64,000 bases of DNA from NCBI GenBank assembly GCA_944389525.1, contig CALXMR010000005.1:362-64361 (forward strand), written 5' to 3'. The notes beneath the pieces were generated by a model. It ran no database searches, was not told the DNA's origin, and saw only the letters and a program-made list of their open reading frames with translations. Position numbers and translations under genes: made by a program. The DNA is from an uncultured Alphaproteobacteria bacterium. GTDB lineage: Bacteria > Pseudomonadota > Alphaproteobacteria > Rs-D84. Of the stretch, positions 50,531-60,512 are shown one piece after another (the stretch's first letter is position 1; the number at the start of each line of letters is the position of its first letter).

Positions 50531-50618
50531 TAAAACCGGCAAGTGGTATGGATTAAGTTCCTGAATAAAGCGAAATGCTTCAAGAACACTTGCCGCAGAA
50601 ACACTAAGGAAAAATAAA

Positions 50619-51320
50619 ATGGGACAGAAAGTATCGCCGATTTCTTTGCGCGAATTTATTAACAAGATTACCGATTCGCGTTGGATTGCGGGTAAAAAAG
50701 ACTATGCGAATTTGTTGGCCGAAGATATCAAAATTCGCAAATTTATTGAAAAGAAATTGAAAAAAGCAGGTTTGGCAAAAATCGTAATTGAACGCTTTGC
50801 CAAGAAAGTCGTGGTGACCATCCACACATCGCGCCCAGGTATGATTATTGGTAAAAATGGCGCAGATATCGAAGCGTTGCGTAACGATATCAAAAAATTG
50901 GTCAAAAATGACCAGGTTGTTGTCAATATCTATGAAGTGCGCCGGCCAGACTTAAATGCGCAATTGGTTGCACAAAGCATTGCACAACAAATCGAAGGTC
51001 GTGTTTCTTTTAAACGTGCAATGAAAAAGGCTGTGCAAAACGCAGTCAAGGCGGGTGCCCAGGGTATCAAGGTTATGTGTTCGGGGCGTCTGAATGGTGC
51101 AGAAATCGCGCGCAGTGAACAAATCCGCGAAGGTCGCATCCCATTGCATACTTTGCGTGCCGATATTGACTATGCGTCAATCCAGGCAAAAACAACATAC
51201 GGTGTTATTGGTGTGAAAGTTTGGATTTACACTGGTGATGTCGTGAACAAGGAAAAGTTGGCATCTGAAATGGCACGTCCAGCCGAATATGCCGGCACCA
51301 GCGAAAGAAAAAGCAAGTAA
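50619..51320 (+). CDS. rpsC: 30S ribosomal protein S3
   Basis: [11 protein letters not shown] start. KH domain. Confidence 0.95.
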   Translation: MGQKVSPISLREFINKITDSRWIAGKKDYANLLAEDIKIRKFIEKKLKKAGLAKIVIERFAKKVVVTIHTSRPGMIIGKNGADIEALRNDIKKLVKNDQVVVNIYEVRRPDLNAQLVAQSIAQQIEGRVSFKRAMKKAVQNAVKAGAQGIKVMCSGRLNGAEIARSEQIREGRIPLHTLRADIDYASIQAKTTYGVIGVKVWIYTGDVVNKEKLASEMARPAEYAGTSERKSK

Positions 51321-51387
51321 TTTTTGTCGGCATCTATATGGTGTCGGGACGACAAAAATTAAACACAGAAATTAAAAGGTTGTTATT

Positions 51388-51801
51388 ATGTTAATGCCAA
51401 ATAAAACAAAATTTCGCAAGCAGCACAAGGGACGCATTCATGGCGTTGCCAAAGGTGGCAGCGAATTGGCATTCGGATCTTTTGGTCTGAAAGCTATGAC
51501 CCCAGAACGCGTCACAGCACGCCAGATAGAAGCGGCACGCCGTGCAATCACGCGGCATATGCGCCGTATGGGTAAATTATGGATTCGTGTGTTTCCTGAT
51601 GTGCCTGTTACCAAGAAACCAGCCGAAGTCCGTATGGGTAAAGGTAAGGGGGCTGTTGAATACTGGATTTGCCGTGTAAAACCAGGTCGTATCTTGTTCG
51701 AACTGGACGGTGTAAAACCAGAAGTTGCGTACGAAGCATTTGCCTTGGCGGCCGCAAAGTTGCCGGTCAAGACCAAGGTTGTTGAACGCAAGATTAACTA
51801 A
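51388..51801 (+). CDS. rplP: 50S ribosomal protein L16
   Basis: [16 protein letters not shown]. Confidence 0.95.
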   Translation: MLMPNKTKFRKQHKGRIHGVAKGGSELAFGSFGLKAMTPERVTARQIEAARRAITRHMRRMGKLWIRVFPDVPVTKKPAEVRMGKGKGAVEYWICRVKPGRILFELDGVKPEVAYEAFALAAAKLPVKTKVVERKIN

Positions 51802-51839
51802 TATTACTATGTCTGGATTATGGCAAAAAGGTAGAAAAA

Positions 51840-52034
51840 ATGGCTCAAAAGAAAGTTGAAAAAGAAACTTTGACAGCAGATGCACTGCAGAGCAAGTTGG
51901 AAAATCTGAAAAAAGATCAGTTCAACCAGCGTTTGCAGCATGCCGCCGGTCAGATGACAAAAACACATGTTATTCGTCAGACACGGCGCGAAATTGCACG
52001 GGTTAAAACACAAATGCGTGCAGGGAAAAAATAA
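51840..52034 (+). CDS. rpmC: 50S ribosomal protein L29
   Basis: 64 aa, position and conserved helices. Confidence 0.85.
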   Translation: MAQKKVEKETLTADALQSKLENLKKDQFNQRLQHAAGQMTKTHVIRQTRREIARVKTQMRAGKK

Positions 52035-52165
52035 AAAATTGCCGATTTTTGTTGAGATTTCTAAATTTTTAGTTATCATATGCCGAAGTCGGGTAAAACA
52101 AGTGGGTCAATTTGTGCGTCAAATGCGGACATTTTGACCATAAACAATGTAAGGGAATAATAGTT

Positions 52166-52435
52166 ATGCCAAGACGTATACTGCAAGGAACAGTTAAAAG
52201 TACAGCAAACGATAAAACGGTTGTTGTCGAAGTGGAACGCCGCTTTCGTCATCCGCTGTATGGTAAATTCGTAAAGCAGAATAAAAAATACAAGGCACAC
52301 GATGAAAACAACGAATACAAGGTTGGGGACATCGTTGCAATCGAAGAACATCGTCCGATTTCCAAGACAAAGACTTGGGTGGTCAAGGGCCGCGTTGGTG
52401 TGTCCAAGGACGAAAATGTCGAAGTCGCAGACTGA
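52166..52435 (+). CDS. rpsQ: 30S ribosomal protein S17
   Basis: Start [10 protein letters not shown] (ATG 52166). Confidence 0.9.
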   Translation: MPRRILQGTVKSTANDKTVVVEVERRFRHPLYGKFVKQNKKYKAHDENNEYKVGDIVAIEEHRPISKTKTWVVKGRVGVSKDENVEVAD

Positions 52436-52553
52436 GACAAGTCACAACAGGTTCTTTGAGGTTTGGGTGTTGACAAGTTCAATGCAAAACAGTCGGAACC
52501 TATAACAAAGCGGCGGGGGATTGCCCCGGACGCAGGATAAAAGGTGAATTGTT

Positions 52554-52928
52554 ATGATACAAAATGAAACAGTTATGACAGTCGCAGATAATTCTGGTGC
52601 GCGCAAGGCAATGTGCATCAAGGTTCTGGGCGGTTCTCATCGCCGTTATGCGACAGTTGGTGACAAAATCGTTGTTGCCATCAAAGAAGCTATACCACGT
52701 GGCAAAGTTCAAAAGGGTACTGTACAGCGTGCAATCATCGTTCGTACAAAATTCCCAGTAAAACGGCCTGATGGTTCAATCATTCGCTTTGATGACAATG
52801 CGGTTGTGTTAATTAACAAAAACAATTTCGAACCGATTGGTACGCGTATCTTTGGGCCGATTGCACGTGAAGTTCGCCGCAAATATGACGTTCAGAAAAT
52901 TGTTTCTTTGGCACCCGAAGTCATATAA
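52554..52928 (+). CDS. rplN: 50S ribosomal protein L14
   Basis: [18 protein letters not shown]. Confidence 0.95.
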   Translation: MIQNETVMTVADNSGARKAMCIKVLGGSHRRYATVGDKIVVAIKEAIPRGKVQKGTVQRAIIVRTKFPVKRPDGSIIRFDDNAVVLINKNNFEPIGTRIFGPIAREVRRKYDVQKIVSLAPEVI

Positions 52929-52963
52929 CACAGCGGGCATTGCAATAGACAAAGGATTATGAA

Positions 52964-53266
52964 ATGAAAATCAAAAAAGGCGATGAAGTTATTGTTATTT
53001 CGGGAAAGTACAAGGGCGTTAAAGGCAAAGTGCTGGAAGCACGTCCGTCTGAATCCCGCGTTGTTGTCGAAGGTGTTAACCGTCACAAGTGGCATGTGAA
53101 ACCGACCCAAGAACAGGCCGGACACATCGTTGATCGCGAAGCGCCAGTGCATGTTTCAAATGTTGCGTTGGTCGATCCGAAAACAAAAAAAGCCACACGC
53201 GTAGGTTATAAAATCCAAGGCGACAAGAAAGTTCGCATTGCAAAAAAATCTGGTGCGGAAATATAA
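52964..53266 (+). CDS. rplX: 50S ribosomal protein L24
   Basis: KOW motif [16 protein letters not shown]. Confidence 0.9.
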   Translation: MKIKKGDEVIVISGKYKGVKGKVLEARPSESRVVVEGVNRHKWHVKPTQEQAGHIVDREAPVHVSNVALVDPKTKKATRVGYKIQGDKKVRIAKKSGAEI

Positions 53267-53278
53267 TGTACAATCCGT

Positions 53279-53294
53279 TCCCGCTGTTACGGGG
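53279..53294 (+). promoter_or_regulatory. Small hairpin tcccg-ctgtta-cggga just upstream of rplE (copy 1 of a 19-nt motif ttcccgctgttacgggga)
   Basis: Identical 19-mer recurs upstream of rplR. Confidence 0.35.
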
Positions 53295-53316
53295 ACATAA
53301 AGTTAAGGAATTAAAA

Positions 53317-53862
53317 ATGCAAAGCAGATTGCGTGAAATTTACGAAAAGCAGATTGTTCCGGAATTGGTTAAAGAATTCGGATACACTAATCCGATGGCG
53401 GTTCCGAAACTGTCGAAAATTGTTTTGAATATGGGTGTTGGCGAAGCCGTTGCAGATAAAAAGAAACTGGACGCCGCCGCCGCAGATTTAACGGCGATTG
53501 CCGCGCAAAAGTCGGTTATTACACGCGCAAAAAAATCAATCGCAACATATCGTCTGCGCGAAGGTCAGCCCATCGGGACCAAGGTCACATTGCGTGGTAA
53601 AAGAATGTATGATTTCTTGGATAAATTAATCACGGTTGCGTTGCCACGCGTCAAGGATTTTCGTGGGTTGTCCAAATCAAAATTTGACGGTCGTGGAAAT
53701 TATGCGTTCGGTATCAAAGAACATCTGATTTTCCCGGAAATTTCTGTGGATAAAATTGATGCAATTCGTGGTATGGATATTGTTATTGCGACAACTGCAA
53801 AAACAGATGACGAAGCGCGGGCACTGCTGACAAAAATCGGTTTGCCGCTGGTTCTGAAATAA
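53317..53862 (+). CDS. rplE: 50S ribosomal protein L5
   Basis: Start [17 protein letters not shown] (ATG 53317). Confidence 0.9.
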   Translation: MQSRLREIYEKQIVPELVKEFGYTNPMAVPKLSKIVLNMGVGEAVADKKKLDAAAADLTAIAAQKSVITRAKKSIATYRLREGQPIGTKVTLRGKRMYDFLDKLITVALPRVKDFRGLSKSKFDGRGNYAFGIKEHLIFPEISVDKIDAIRGMDIVIATTAKTDDEARALLTKIGLPLVLK

Positions 53863-53884
53863 TCGTTAGAAAAGGTAAATAAAA

Positions 53885-54187
53885 ATGGCAAAGTTAGCAT
53901 TGATTAATAAACAGAAAAAACGCGAAAAAATGGTTGCACAATACGCGAAAAAGCGTGAAGCAATCAAGGCGAAAATGTCTGTGAATGCATCGCCCGAAGA
54001 ACGTATGGACGCGATGAAAGAATTGGCCAAATTGCCGCGTAATGCCAACCCAACGCGTTTGCATAATCGTTGTTCCGTGACAGGACGCGCGCGCGGGTAT
54101 TTCCGTCTGTTCGGTCTGTGCCGCCAACAGGTGCGCACAATGGCGTCCGAAGGTAAACTGCCAGGTGTACGCAAGTCCAGTTGGTAA
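53885..54187 (+). CDS. rpsN: 30S ribosomal protein S14
   Basis: 100 aa long-form S14. Confidence 0.9.
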   Translation: MAKLALINKQKKREKMVAQYAKKREAIKAKMSVNASPEERMDAMKELAKLPRNANPTRLHNRCSVTGRARGYFRLFGLCRQQVRTMASEGKLPGVRKSSW

Positions 54188-54264
54188 AATTTTAATCACC
54201 AGTTGTGGACAATGCAGCTGGGGCATGACGCAGCAGAACTGTGTCAAGTACAAGGAGTAAATAG

Positions 54265-54663
54265 ATGTCATTATCACACCCAATCGGAGATATGCTGACC
54301 CGTATTCGTAATGGTCAGAATGCCGGTAAAGAATTTGTAACTGTTCCAAACAGCAAACTGCGTGCGGCGGTTTTGGCTGTGTTAAAGGACGAAGGTTTTA
54401 TTACTGATTTCCGCAAAGAACAAATTGACGAACATCGTGCAAATTTGGTCGTTGAATTAAAGTATGTTGGCGGAAATGGTGCAATCCAGGATATTTCAGT
54501 CGTTTCAAAACCAGGGCGCCGTGTCTATTCGGGCAGTGCAAAAATGCCAAAGGTTTTGAATGGTTTGGGTATCGCAATTGTTTCTACGCCAAATGGGGTT
54601 ATGACTGATCACAAGGCGCGTCTGATGAATGTCGGCGGTGAAGTATTGTGCAAGGTTATATAA
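54265..54663 (+). CDS. rpsH: 30S ribosomal protein S8
   Basis: MSLSHPIGDMLTRIRNG. Confidence 0.95.
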   Translation: MSLSHPIGDMLTRIRNGQNAGKEFVTVPNSKLRAAVLAVLKDEGFITDFRKEQIDEHRANLVVELKYVGGNGAIQDISVVSKPGRRVYSGSAKMPKVLNGLGIAIVSTPNGVMTDHKARLMNVGGEVLCKVI

Positions 54664-54684
54664 TTATATAGTGAGGATTTAGAT

Positions 54685-55236
54685 ATGTCACGTGCAGGAA
54701 AACATCCAGTTAAATTAATAGATGGCGTATCGGCGGCAATTGCGGACGATGTGCTGACTGTCAAGGGACCAAAGGGCGAAATTAAATTGCCGTTGGATAC
54801 AAAGAATGCCGGCTTGGTCGATGTTGTTGTTGAATCTGACCAGGTTGTTATTACACCAAAAGATGCCGAAGATAAAAAATCACGCGCGATGTGGGGTACA
54901 ATGGCGCGCAATGTTCGCAGCGCAGTCGAAGGTGTATCAAATGGGTTCAGCAAGGCCATGTACATGAAGGGCGTTGGGTACAAGGCGTCTGTCAGTGGAA
55001 ACAAGTTGGTCTTGGTTGCGGGGTATTCGCATGATGTTATTATGGAAATCCCAGCGGGGCTGACGGTGCAAATGGGCGAAACACCAACGGAATTTACCAT
55101 CAGTGGTATTGATAAATGCCTGGTTGGACAATTCGCTGACAAGGTGCACAAGGTTCGCAAGGTCGATCCGTACAAGGGCAAGGGTATCTTTTACAAGGGC
55201 GAAAGAATCCGCCGCAAAGAAGGTAAAAAGAAATAA
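54685..55236 (+). CDS. rplF: 50S ribosomal protein L6
   Basis: MSRAGKHPVKL. Confidence 0.9.
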   Translation: MSRAGKHPVKLIDGVSAAIADDVLTVKGPKGEIKLPLDTKNAGLVDVVVESDQVVITPKDAEDKKSRAMWGTMARNVRSAVEGVSNGFSKAMYMKGVGYKASVSGNKLVLVAGYSHDVIMEIPAGLTVQMGETPTEFTISGIDKCLVGQFADKVHKVRKVDPYKGKGIFYKGERIRRKEGKKK

Positions 55237-55247
55237 TAAATGTTGAT

Positions 55248-55264
55248 TCCCGCTGTTACGGGGA
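55248..55264 (+). promoter_or_regulatory. Copy 2 of the ttcccgctgttacgggga hairpin motif, upstream of rplR
   Basis: Exact repeat of the 53279-53294 motif. Confidence 0.35.
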
Positions 55265-55284
55265 TAAGAAAAAAGGAAAATAAA

Positions 55285-55641
55285 ATGTTAAAACATTTGT
55301 CTGCAGAAGAAAGACGCAAGCTGGCCAATCGCGGCGCGTTGAAAAGAAAAAATCCGGGCAAGATTCGTTTGTCTGTGTTCCGTTCGGGTCGTCATATTGA
55401 AATTCAGGCGATTGACGATGTGCGTGGTCACACAATTTGTGCCGCATCGTCCAAGGAAAAAGAATTCAAAGGTAATGGTTGGAATGTCGCCGGCGCCGAA
55501 CAGGTTGGTAAAAATTTTGCCGCGCGTGCAGTCAAGGCAGGTATCGCCGACAATTGTTATTTTGATCGCGGTGGATATCGCTATCATGGTCGTATCAAGG
55601 CACTGTGCGAAGCAATCCGCGCAGGTGGTGTTAGAATCTAA
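55285..55641 (+). CDS. rplR: 50S ribosomal protein L18
   Basis: Start [16 protein letters not shown] (ATG 55285). Confidence 0.9.
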   Translation: MLKHLSAEERRKLANRGALKRKNPGKIRLSVFRSGRHIEIQAIDDVRGHTICAASSKEKEFKGNGWNVAGAEQVGKNFAARAVKAGIADNCYFDRGGYRYHGRIKALCEAIRAGGVRI

Positions 55642-55664
55642 TCGGTAATATACGGAGTTTTATA

Positions 55665-56228
55665 ATGGCACGTTTTGATGATAAAAAATTGCAAACGGAT
55701 AATTTGGTAGATAAGTTAGTTTCTATCAACCGCGTTTCTAAAACTGTAAAGGGCGGCCGTAATATGTCTTTTGCGGCGTTGGTTGTTGTCGGGGACAAGG
55801 TCGGTCGTGTGGGATTTGGTAAAGGCAAAGCACTGGAAGTTCAAAGCGCAGTTCAAAAGGCGACCAAGGCAGCCAAAGCGAAAATGATTCGGGTTCCATT
55901 GAAAGAAGGTCGTACACTGCATCATGACAGCGCGGCAAAATATGGCGCCAGCAAGTTGGTTGTTCGCAGCGCGGTTCCAGGTACTGGTATCATTGCCGGG
56001 GGTGCATTGCGCGCGGTCTTTGAATGTTTGGGGGTCCAAGATGTGGTTGTTAAATCCCAGGGATCTAATAATCCGAATAACATGATTCGTGCGGCGTTCT
56101 TGGCGTTTTCGAAAATGAATTCACCAAAGACTGTTGCTGCGCGCCGTGGTAAGTCGGTCGCAGAGATCATTGCGGGTCGTGACGGAAAAAAATTGGAAAC
56201 AGCCAGTGAAGCGACAGAAGAAAAATAA
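55665..56228 (+). CDS. rpsE: 30S ribosomal protein S5
   Basis: dsRBD-like N-domain plus S5 C-domain with [15 protein letters not shown]. Confidence 0.95.
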   Translation: MARFDDKKLQTDNLVDKLVSINRVSKTVKGGRNMSFAALVVVGDKVGRVGFGKGKALEVQSAVQKATKAAKAKMIRVPLKEGRTLHHDSAAKYGASKLVVRSAVPGTGIIAGGALRAVFECLGVQDVVVKSQGSNNPNNMIRAAFLAFSKMNSPKTVAARRGKSVAEIIAGRDGKKLETASEATEEK

Positions 56229-56263
56229 TTCGCACACCCACAGATAAAAAACGGAGATTGGTT

Positions 56264-56443
56264 ATGGCAAAAATAGTTGTAAAGCAGGTTAAGAGTACGA
56301 TTGGTCGTCCGACTGCACAGCGCAAGGTTATTGCGGCACTGGGGCTGGGGCGGATTGGTAAAACCCGTGAAATCGAAGATACACCCGCCGTTCGTGGAAT
56401 GGTGGCCAAGGTTTCACATCTGGTCGAAATCGTTGGAAAATAA
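56264..56443 (+). CDS. rpmD: 50S ribosomal protein L30
   Basis: Start [14 protein letters not shown] (ATG 56264). Confidence 0.85.
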   Translation: MAKIVVKQVKSTIGRPTAQRKVIAALGLGRIGKTREIEDTPAVRGMVAKVSHLVEIVGK

Positions 56444-56530
56444 ATATAGAAAACCGAGTGCATCATTCATATATGATGTGCGATACAGAATTACAAAATT
56501 GTAATTCGCAGGATAAAAAAGGAAAATAAA

Positions 56531-56989
56531 ATGAAACTGAATGCATTGATGGATAATTATGGTGCGCGCGCGGATGCAAAACGCGTTGGTCGTGGTATTG
56601 GGTCTGGGATGGGTAAAACATCTGGCCGTGGTAACAAAGGTCAGAAATCACGCAGCGGTTCACGCAAGCAGGCCACATTCCAAGGGGGCCAGATGCCAAT
56701 CTTGCGCCGTTTCCCAAAGTTTGGGTTTAACAATCCGTTTGCCAAGGAATACGCGACAATTAATCTGGGTGATATTGAAAAATTTATTGCATCTGGTAAA
56801 ATTGATGCAAAATCACCGATTACAATTGATTCGCTGATGTCGGCAAGAATTATCAATCGTACAAAAGACGGATTGAAAATTTTGGCCAAGGGTGAAATTA
56901 AAACAGCAGTTAATATTGTTGCAGATAAGTGGTCCAAGGCTGCTGAGGCGGCAATAGTAAAAGCCGGCGGTTCAATTAAAAACAAATAA
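56531..56989 (+). CDS. rplO: 50S ribosomal protein L15
   Basis: G-rich N-terminus GRGIGSGMGKTSGRGNKGQKSRSG. Confidence 0.9.
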   Translation: MKLNALMDNYGARADAKRVGRGIGSGMGKTSGRGNKGQKSRSGSRKQATFQGGQMPILRRFPKFGFNNPFAKEYATINLGDIEKFIASGKIDAKSPITIDSLMSARIINRTKDGLKILAKGEIKTAVNIVADKWSKAAEAAIVKAGGSIKNK

Positions 56990-57050
56990 TTAACCTATAT
57001 TGCATCTGGGTGAAATACCCCAGGTGCAAAGCAATTAGAAGCGTGTTCGC

Positions 57051-58367
57051 ATGAAATTTTTGAGAGAGTTTTTTAGCAGTATGTCCGATTTGCAAAAGCG
57101 CATCTTGTTTACTATTGGTGCGTTGATTGTTTATCGTATTGGATCGTTTATTCCATTGCCGGGGGTTAATGCGTCTGCGGTTTTACACTTGTTCACTGGC
57201 GAAGGCAGCGGCATGATGGGCATGTTCGATATGTTTTCGGGTGGTTCGTTGTCGCGTATGTCTGTGTTGGCGTTGAACATCTTTCCATACATTTCGGCAT
57301 CGATCGTATTGCAGTTGTTAACCGCCACCAGCAAATCTTTGAACGAATTGCGTAAAGAGGGCGAATCTGGTCGTATCAAGATAAATCAATATACGCGTTA
57401 TTTGGCGGTGTTTTTGGCTGTGGTCCAGGGTTGGGCTGTTGTGCGCGGATTGGAATCTATGGCGCCAGTTAATGGTGTGGCCGCGGTGGTGAACCCAGGG
57501 CTGGCATTTGAATTGTCGGCGATAATTGCGTTGGTCGGTGGAACGGTGTTTGTTATGTGGCTGGCTGAGCAGATTACTGCGCGTGGTATCGGCCAGGGTG
57601 CATCATTGTTAATCTTTGCTGGTATTATCGCAGAAGTTCCCGGCGGAATTGCCCAGGTATTTTCACTGGGGTCGGTGGGACAGATTTCACCAGCGATGAT
57701 TGCGTTGATTGTTGCGTTCATTGTCGGCATTATTGCGTTGATTGCATTCTTTGAACAGGCCCAGCGGCGTATTCAGATTTTGTATCCGCGCCAGGTTATG
57801 GCCAATGGTGTTATGAATACGAACGCGTCTTATTTGCCGATAAAGGTTAATATGTCTGGTGTTATGGGGCCGGTTTTTGCCGCCAGTATCATGATGTTGC
57901 CGGCATTTGTTCAGCGTTTCGTGCAAAGTGAAAATCCGATTGTGCAATCAGTTATGGGATTCTTTACATACGGAACATGGTCTTATATCATCACATACAC
58001 AATCTTGATTGCCTTCTTTGCGTATTTCCAGACGGCGGTTGTGTTTAATTCCGAAGAGACTGCTAATAATCTGAAAAATGCAGGTGGCTATATCCCGGGG
58101 GTGCGTCCGGGTGAACAGACCATGCACTATCTGGATTCGGTTGTGTCGCGTACAACAGCGATTGGTGTATTGTACCTGGTCGTTGTGTGTGTGGTGCCAA
58201 TTATTCTGAATTCTCATGCAGGGATGCCGTTGGCAATCGGCGGAACCAGCGTGTTAATCGTTGCGGGGGTGGTGTTAGACACCATGAACCAGGTGCAATC
58301 ATACTTGGTTGCCAAGCAATATAAAAGTGTTATTAAAAAAGCACAGAAAAAGGGACGCTTTCGTTAA
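57051..58367 (+). CDS. secY: Preprotein translocase subunit SecY
   Basis: 10-TM SecY. 438 aa. Confidence 0.95.
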   Translation: MKFLREFFSSMSDLQKRILFTIGALIVYRIGSFIPLPGVNASAVLHLFTGEGSGMMGMFDMFSGGSLSRMSVLALNIFPYISASIVLQLLTATSKSLNELRKEGESGRIKINQYTRYLAVFLAVVQGWAVVRGLESMAPVNGVAAVVNPGLAFELSAIIALVGGTVFVMWLAEQITARGIGQGASLLIFAGIIAEVPGGIAQVFSLGSVGQISPAMIALIVAFIVGIIALIAFFEQAQRRIQILYPRQVMANGVMNTNASYLPIKVNMSGVMGPVFAASIMMLPAFVQRFVQSENPIVQSVMGFFTYGTWSYIITYTILIAFFAYFQTAVVFNSEETANNLKNAGGYIPGVRPGEQTMHYLDSVVSRTTAIGVLYLVVVCVVPIILNSHAGMPLAIGGTSVLIVAGVVLDTMNQVQSYLVAKQYKSVIKKAQKKGRFR

Positions 58368-58396
58368 TAGTATATTGGCGGGCGGTAAACAAAGAT

Positions 58397-58424
58397 TTGA
58401 CTTTTGCGGCAATTCTTATAGAAT
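58397..58424 (+). promoter_or_regulatory. Candidate promoter (TTGACT, 16 nt spacer, TAGAAT) in the secY-rpsM spacer
   Basis: Hexamers and spacing. Confidence 0.35.
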
Positions 58425-58530
58425 AATGCGGCAGAATAAAATGCGTCACAAAGTTCAAAAATGGGGTTTTGTGATGTTTGTACCGGGCGTAATTATTACG
58501 ACCACAGTTAAATAAAAAGGAAAATGAAAA

Positions 58531-58908
58531 ATGGCACGTATAGCAGGTGTTAACATTCCGACAGAAAAGCGTATCGAAATCGCGCTGCAATACATTCATG
58601 GCATTGGTCCGGCAAAGTCGGCCCAAATTTGCAAAGCCTTGAAATTAAAAGATGGATTGCGCGCCAAGGACTTGACTGACGAAGATGTTATAAAAATTTC
58701 AAAGTATATTGAACAAAATTTCAAGGTCGAAGGTGATGTTCGCCGCGAAGTCGCGATGAATATCAAGCGGCTGCAAGATTTAAAAACCTATCGCGGGATT
58801 CGCCATCGTAACCGTTTGCCGGTTCGTGGCCAGCGCACACAGACAAATGCACGTACTCGCAAGGGTAAACGCGTTGTGGTTGCGGGATCTGCGGTCAAGG
58901 GTAAATAA
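58531..58908 (+). CDS. rpsM: 30S ribosomal protein S13
   Basis: [14 protein letters not shown]. Confidence 0.95.
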   Translation: MARIAGVNIPTEKRIEIALQYIHGIGPAKSAQICKALKLKDGLRAKDLTDEDVIKISKYIEQNFKVEGDVRREVAMNIKRLQDLKTYRGIRHRNRLPVRGQRTQTNARTRKGKRVVVAGSAVKGK

Positions 58909-58971
58909 TTAAACAAGGTAGAGATTAACACGATAGTTAATTGAAGACATCTAATAATAAAGGTATAAATA

Positions 58972-59355
58972 ATGGCTGTTACAAAAGCGAAAAAGAAAGT
59001 CGTAAAGAAAGTATCACACGGTATTGCCCATGTGGTCGCGACAAATAACAATACACGTATTACTATCACAGACCAATCGGGTGCCGTATTGACATGGGCA
59101 ACCGCCGGTGCAAATAATTTCAAGGGTGCAAAAAAATCAACACCATATGCCGCAACCGTTGTTGCCGATGCTGTTGGTAAAAAAGTTGCAGAAATGGGTA
59201 TGAAGACAGTTGATGTTCTGATGCGTGGTATTGGCCAGGGTCGCGAATCTGCTGTCCGTGGGTTGGCAAATGCCGGACTGATTGTACAGTCTATTACAGA
59301 TACCACACGCATCCCGCATAACGGATGCCGCCCGAAGAAAGTTCGCCGCGTGTAA
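58972..59355 (+). CDS. rpsK: 30S ribosomal protein S11
   Basis: GIAHVVATNNNTRITITD. Confidence 0.95.
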   Translation: MAVTKAKKKVVKKVSHGIAHVVATNNNTRITITDQSGAVLTWATAGANNFKGAKKSTPYAATVVADAVGKKVAEMGMKTVDVLMRGIGQGRESAVRGLANAGLIVQSITDTTRIPHNGCRPKKVRRV

Positions 59356-59363
59356 TAACAACA

Positions 59364-59388
59364 AATCCCGCAAAAGCGGGATTTTTAT
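59364..59388 (+). terminator. Rho-independent terminator immediately after rpsK (aatcccgcaaaagcgggatt plus T-run)
   Basis: Perfect hairpin followed by TTTTAT. Unusual position inside the alpha operon. Confidence 0.6.
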
Positions 59389-59423
59389 GTTCTGTGACAA
59401 ATCAAAAAAGGGAATTTTATAAA

Positions 59424-59879
59424 ATGGATGTTGCCAATAGTTTTAAGTTTCTGTCAAATATGGGTGATGTGCGGGATAATCACAAAGATATCTATAATGT
59501 TGGGTATGAATCTGGGATATATACCGTGTTTGCAAAGAATGTTTTGTTGAATGATATGCGTGGGGTTGTGAATCTGGTGAATTTAATGGCGTGTCGTGAT
59601 GTGTTTATAAAAAATGCGCGTGTATTATATGCGCCGTGTTTGGAATATGTGGAAAACATCGTTTTACCCCAGGCACGATATGTTGATTTATTTTGTTTGG
59701 GAATGGGGAATATTTATGTGCCAGATGCGAACGTGGTTCGTATATCTAATCCAAAGTTTAGCGGCACGATATTTTGTGGCAACCAGACAAATATAAAATC
59801 CATTTCGCCCGTGGCGGTTCGACGGTTTAAAGATTTTGCCACAATAAAGAATGTGATTCCGTGTTCATATTCCAGGTAA
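59424..59879 (+). CDS. Hypothetical protein (152 aa, AT-rich, Cys-containing) inserted between rpsK and rpoA
   Basis: ATG 59424 with AAAGGGA RBS. No recognisable motifs. Flanked by terminators. Confidence 0.45.
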   Translation: MDVANSFKFLSNMGDVRDNHKDIYNVGYESGIYTVFAKNVLLNDMRGVVNLVNLMACRDVFIKNARVLYAPCLEYVENIVLPQARYVDLFCLGMGNIYVPDANVVRISNPKFSGTIFCGNQTNIKSISPVAVRRFKDFATIKNVIPCSYSR

Positions 59880-59880
59880 T

Positions 59881-59910
59881 AAAAAATGCCCCATCGGGGC
59901 ATATTTTATT
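59881..59910. terminator. Bidirectional terminator (atgccccatcggggcat flanked by A and T runs)
   Basis: Perfect hairpin between convergent inserted genes. Confidence 0.6.
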
Positions 59911-60310
59911 ATCGTGCGCATGTGCCACAATGTGGATTTGGGGCATCAATATAACGGCGGGTTGAATATGTGCCGGCCGGTTTATATGTCACGACTGGTT
60001 CATATATTTGATAGTGGTCAATAACCTCGCTGTATGTTTTTACGCGCACAGGTGCCAGTTTACGGGCCATTGGTTTTTTGCAACCACGGTTAGTACGGGC
60101 AACATCAATTGACGATGCCACGCGACATGGTGATACATGGCGCGTCACACGTCCGGGTGCTACATAGTTGGTGTCAATATATTTTACTGTATCAATGGTG
60201 ATTGTTTCATATGTGTTGATGGTTTCTGTTTCTGTGTACATGCCATCAGACGCATATGCGCCAGCGCAAATAACAGATGCAAAAATTCCAGATAAAATAA
60301 TTTTTTTCAT
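59909..60310 (-). CDS. Hypothetical lipoprotein or secreted Cys-containing protein (133 aa) on the strand opposite the ribosomal operon
   Basis: Signal peptide MKKIILSGIFASVICAGAYAS (possible lipobox ICAG). AT-rich. Confidence 0.45.
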   Translation of the reverse strand: MKKIILSGIFASVICAGAYASDGMYTETETINTYETITIDTVKYIDTNYVAPGRVTRHVSPCRVASSIDVARTNRGCKKPMARKLAPVRVKTYSEVIDHYQIYEPVVTYKPAGTYSTRRYIDAPNPHCGTCAR

Positions 60311-60512
60311 CGTGTTTCCTTTGTGTTTTCTCTCCTAAGACTAGGACAATTTTTTCTGGTTGTCAACTTTTTTGTACAATGATTTTGTGCACGGCGTGTC
60401 CAGAATAATAATTTGACTTTTGGGCATTTGTGGTATAAAATTGCCGGGCGTGTTGGATAACCCACATGCAGCCGATTGGCGAAAATGATAAACTAAGCCG
60501 AAGGGGTTTTTT

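Noticed and set aside
58309-58515. 68-aa ORF in the secY-rpsM spacer as a candidate adk, infA or rpmJ
   Set aside because: Starts inside the secY coding end in another frame. Sequence unrelated to Adk, IF1 or L36. Only a 24-codon ORF is plausible there.
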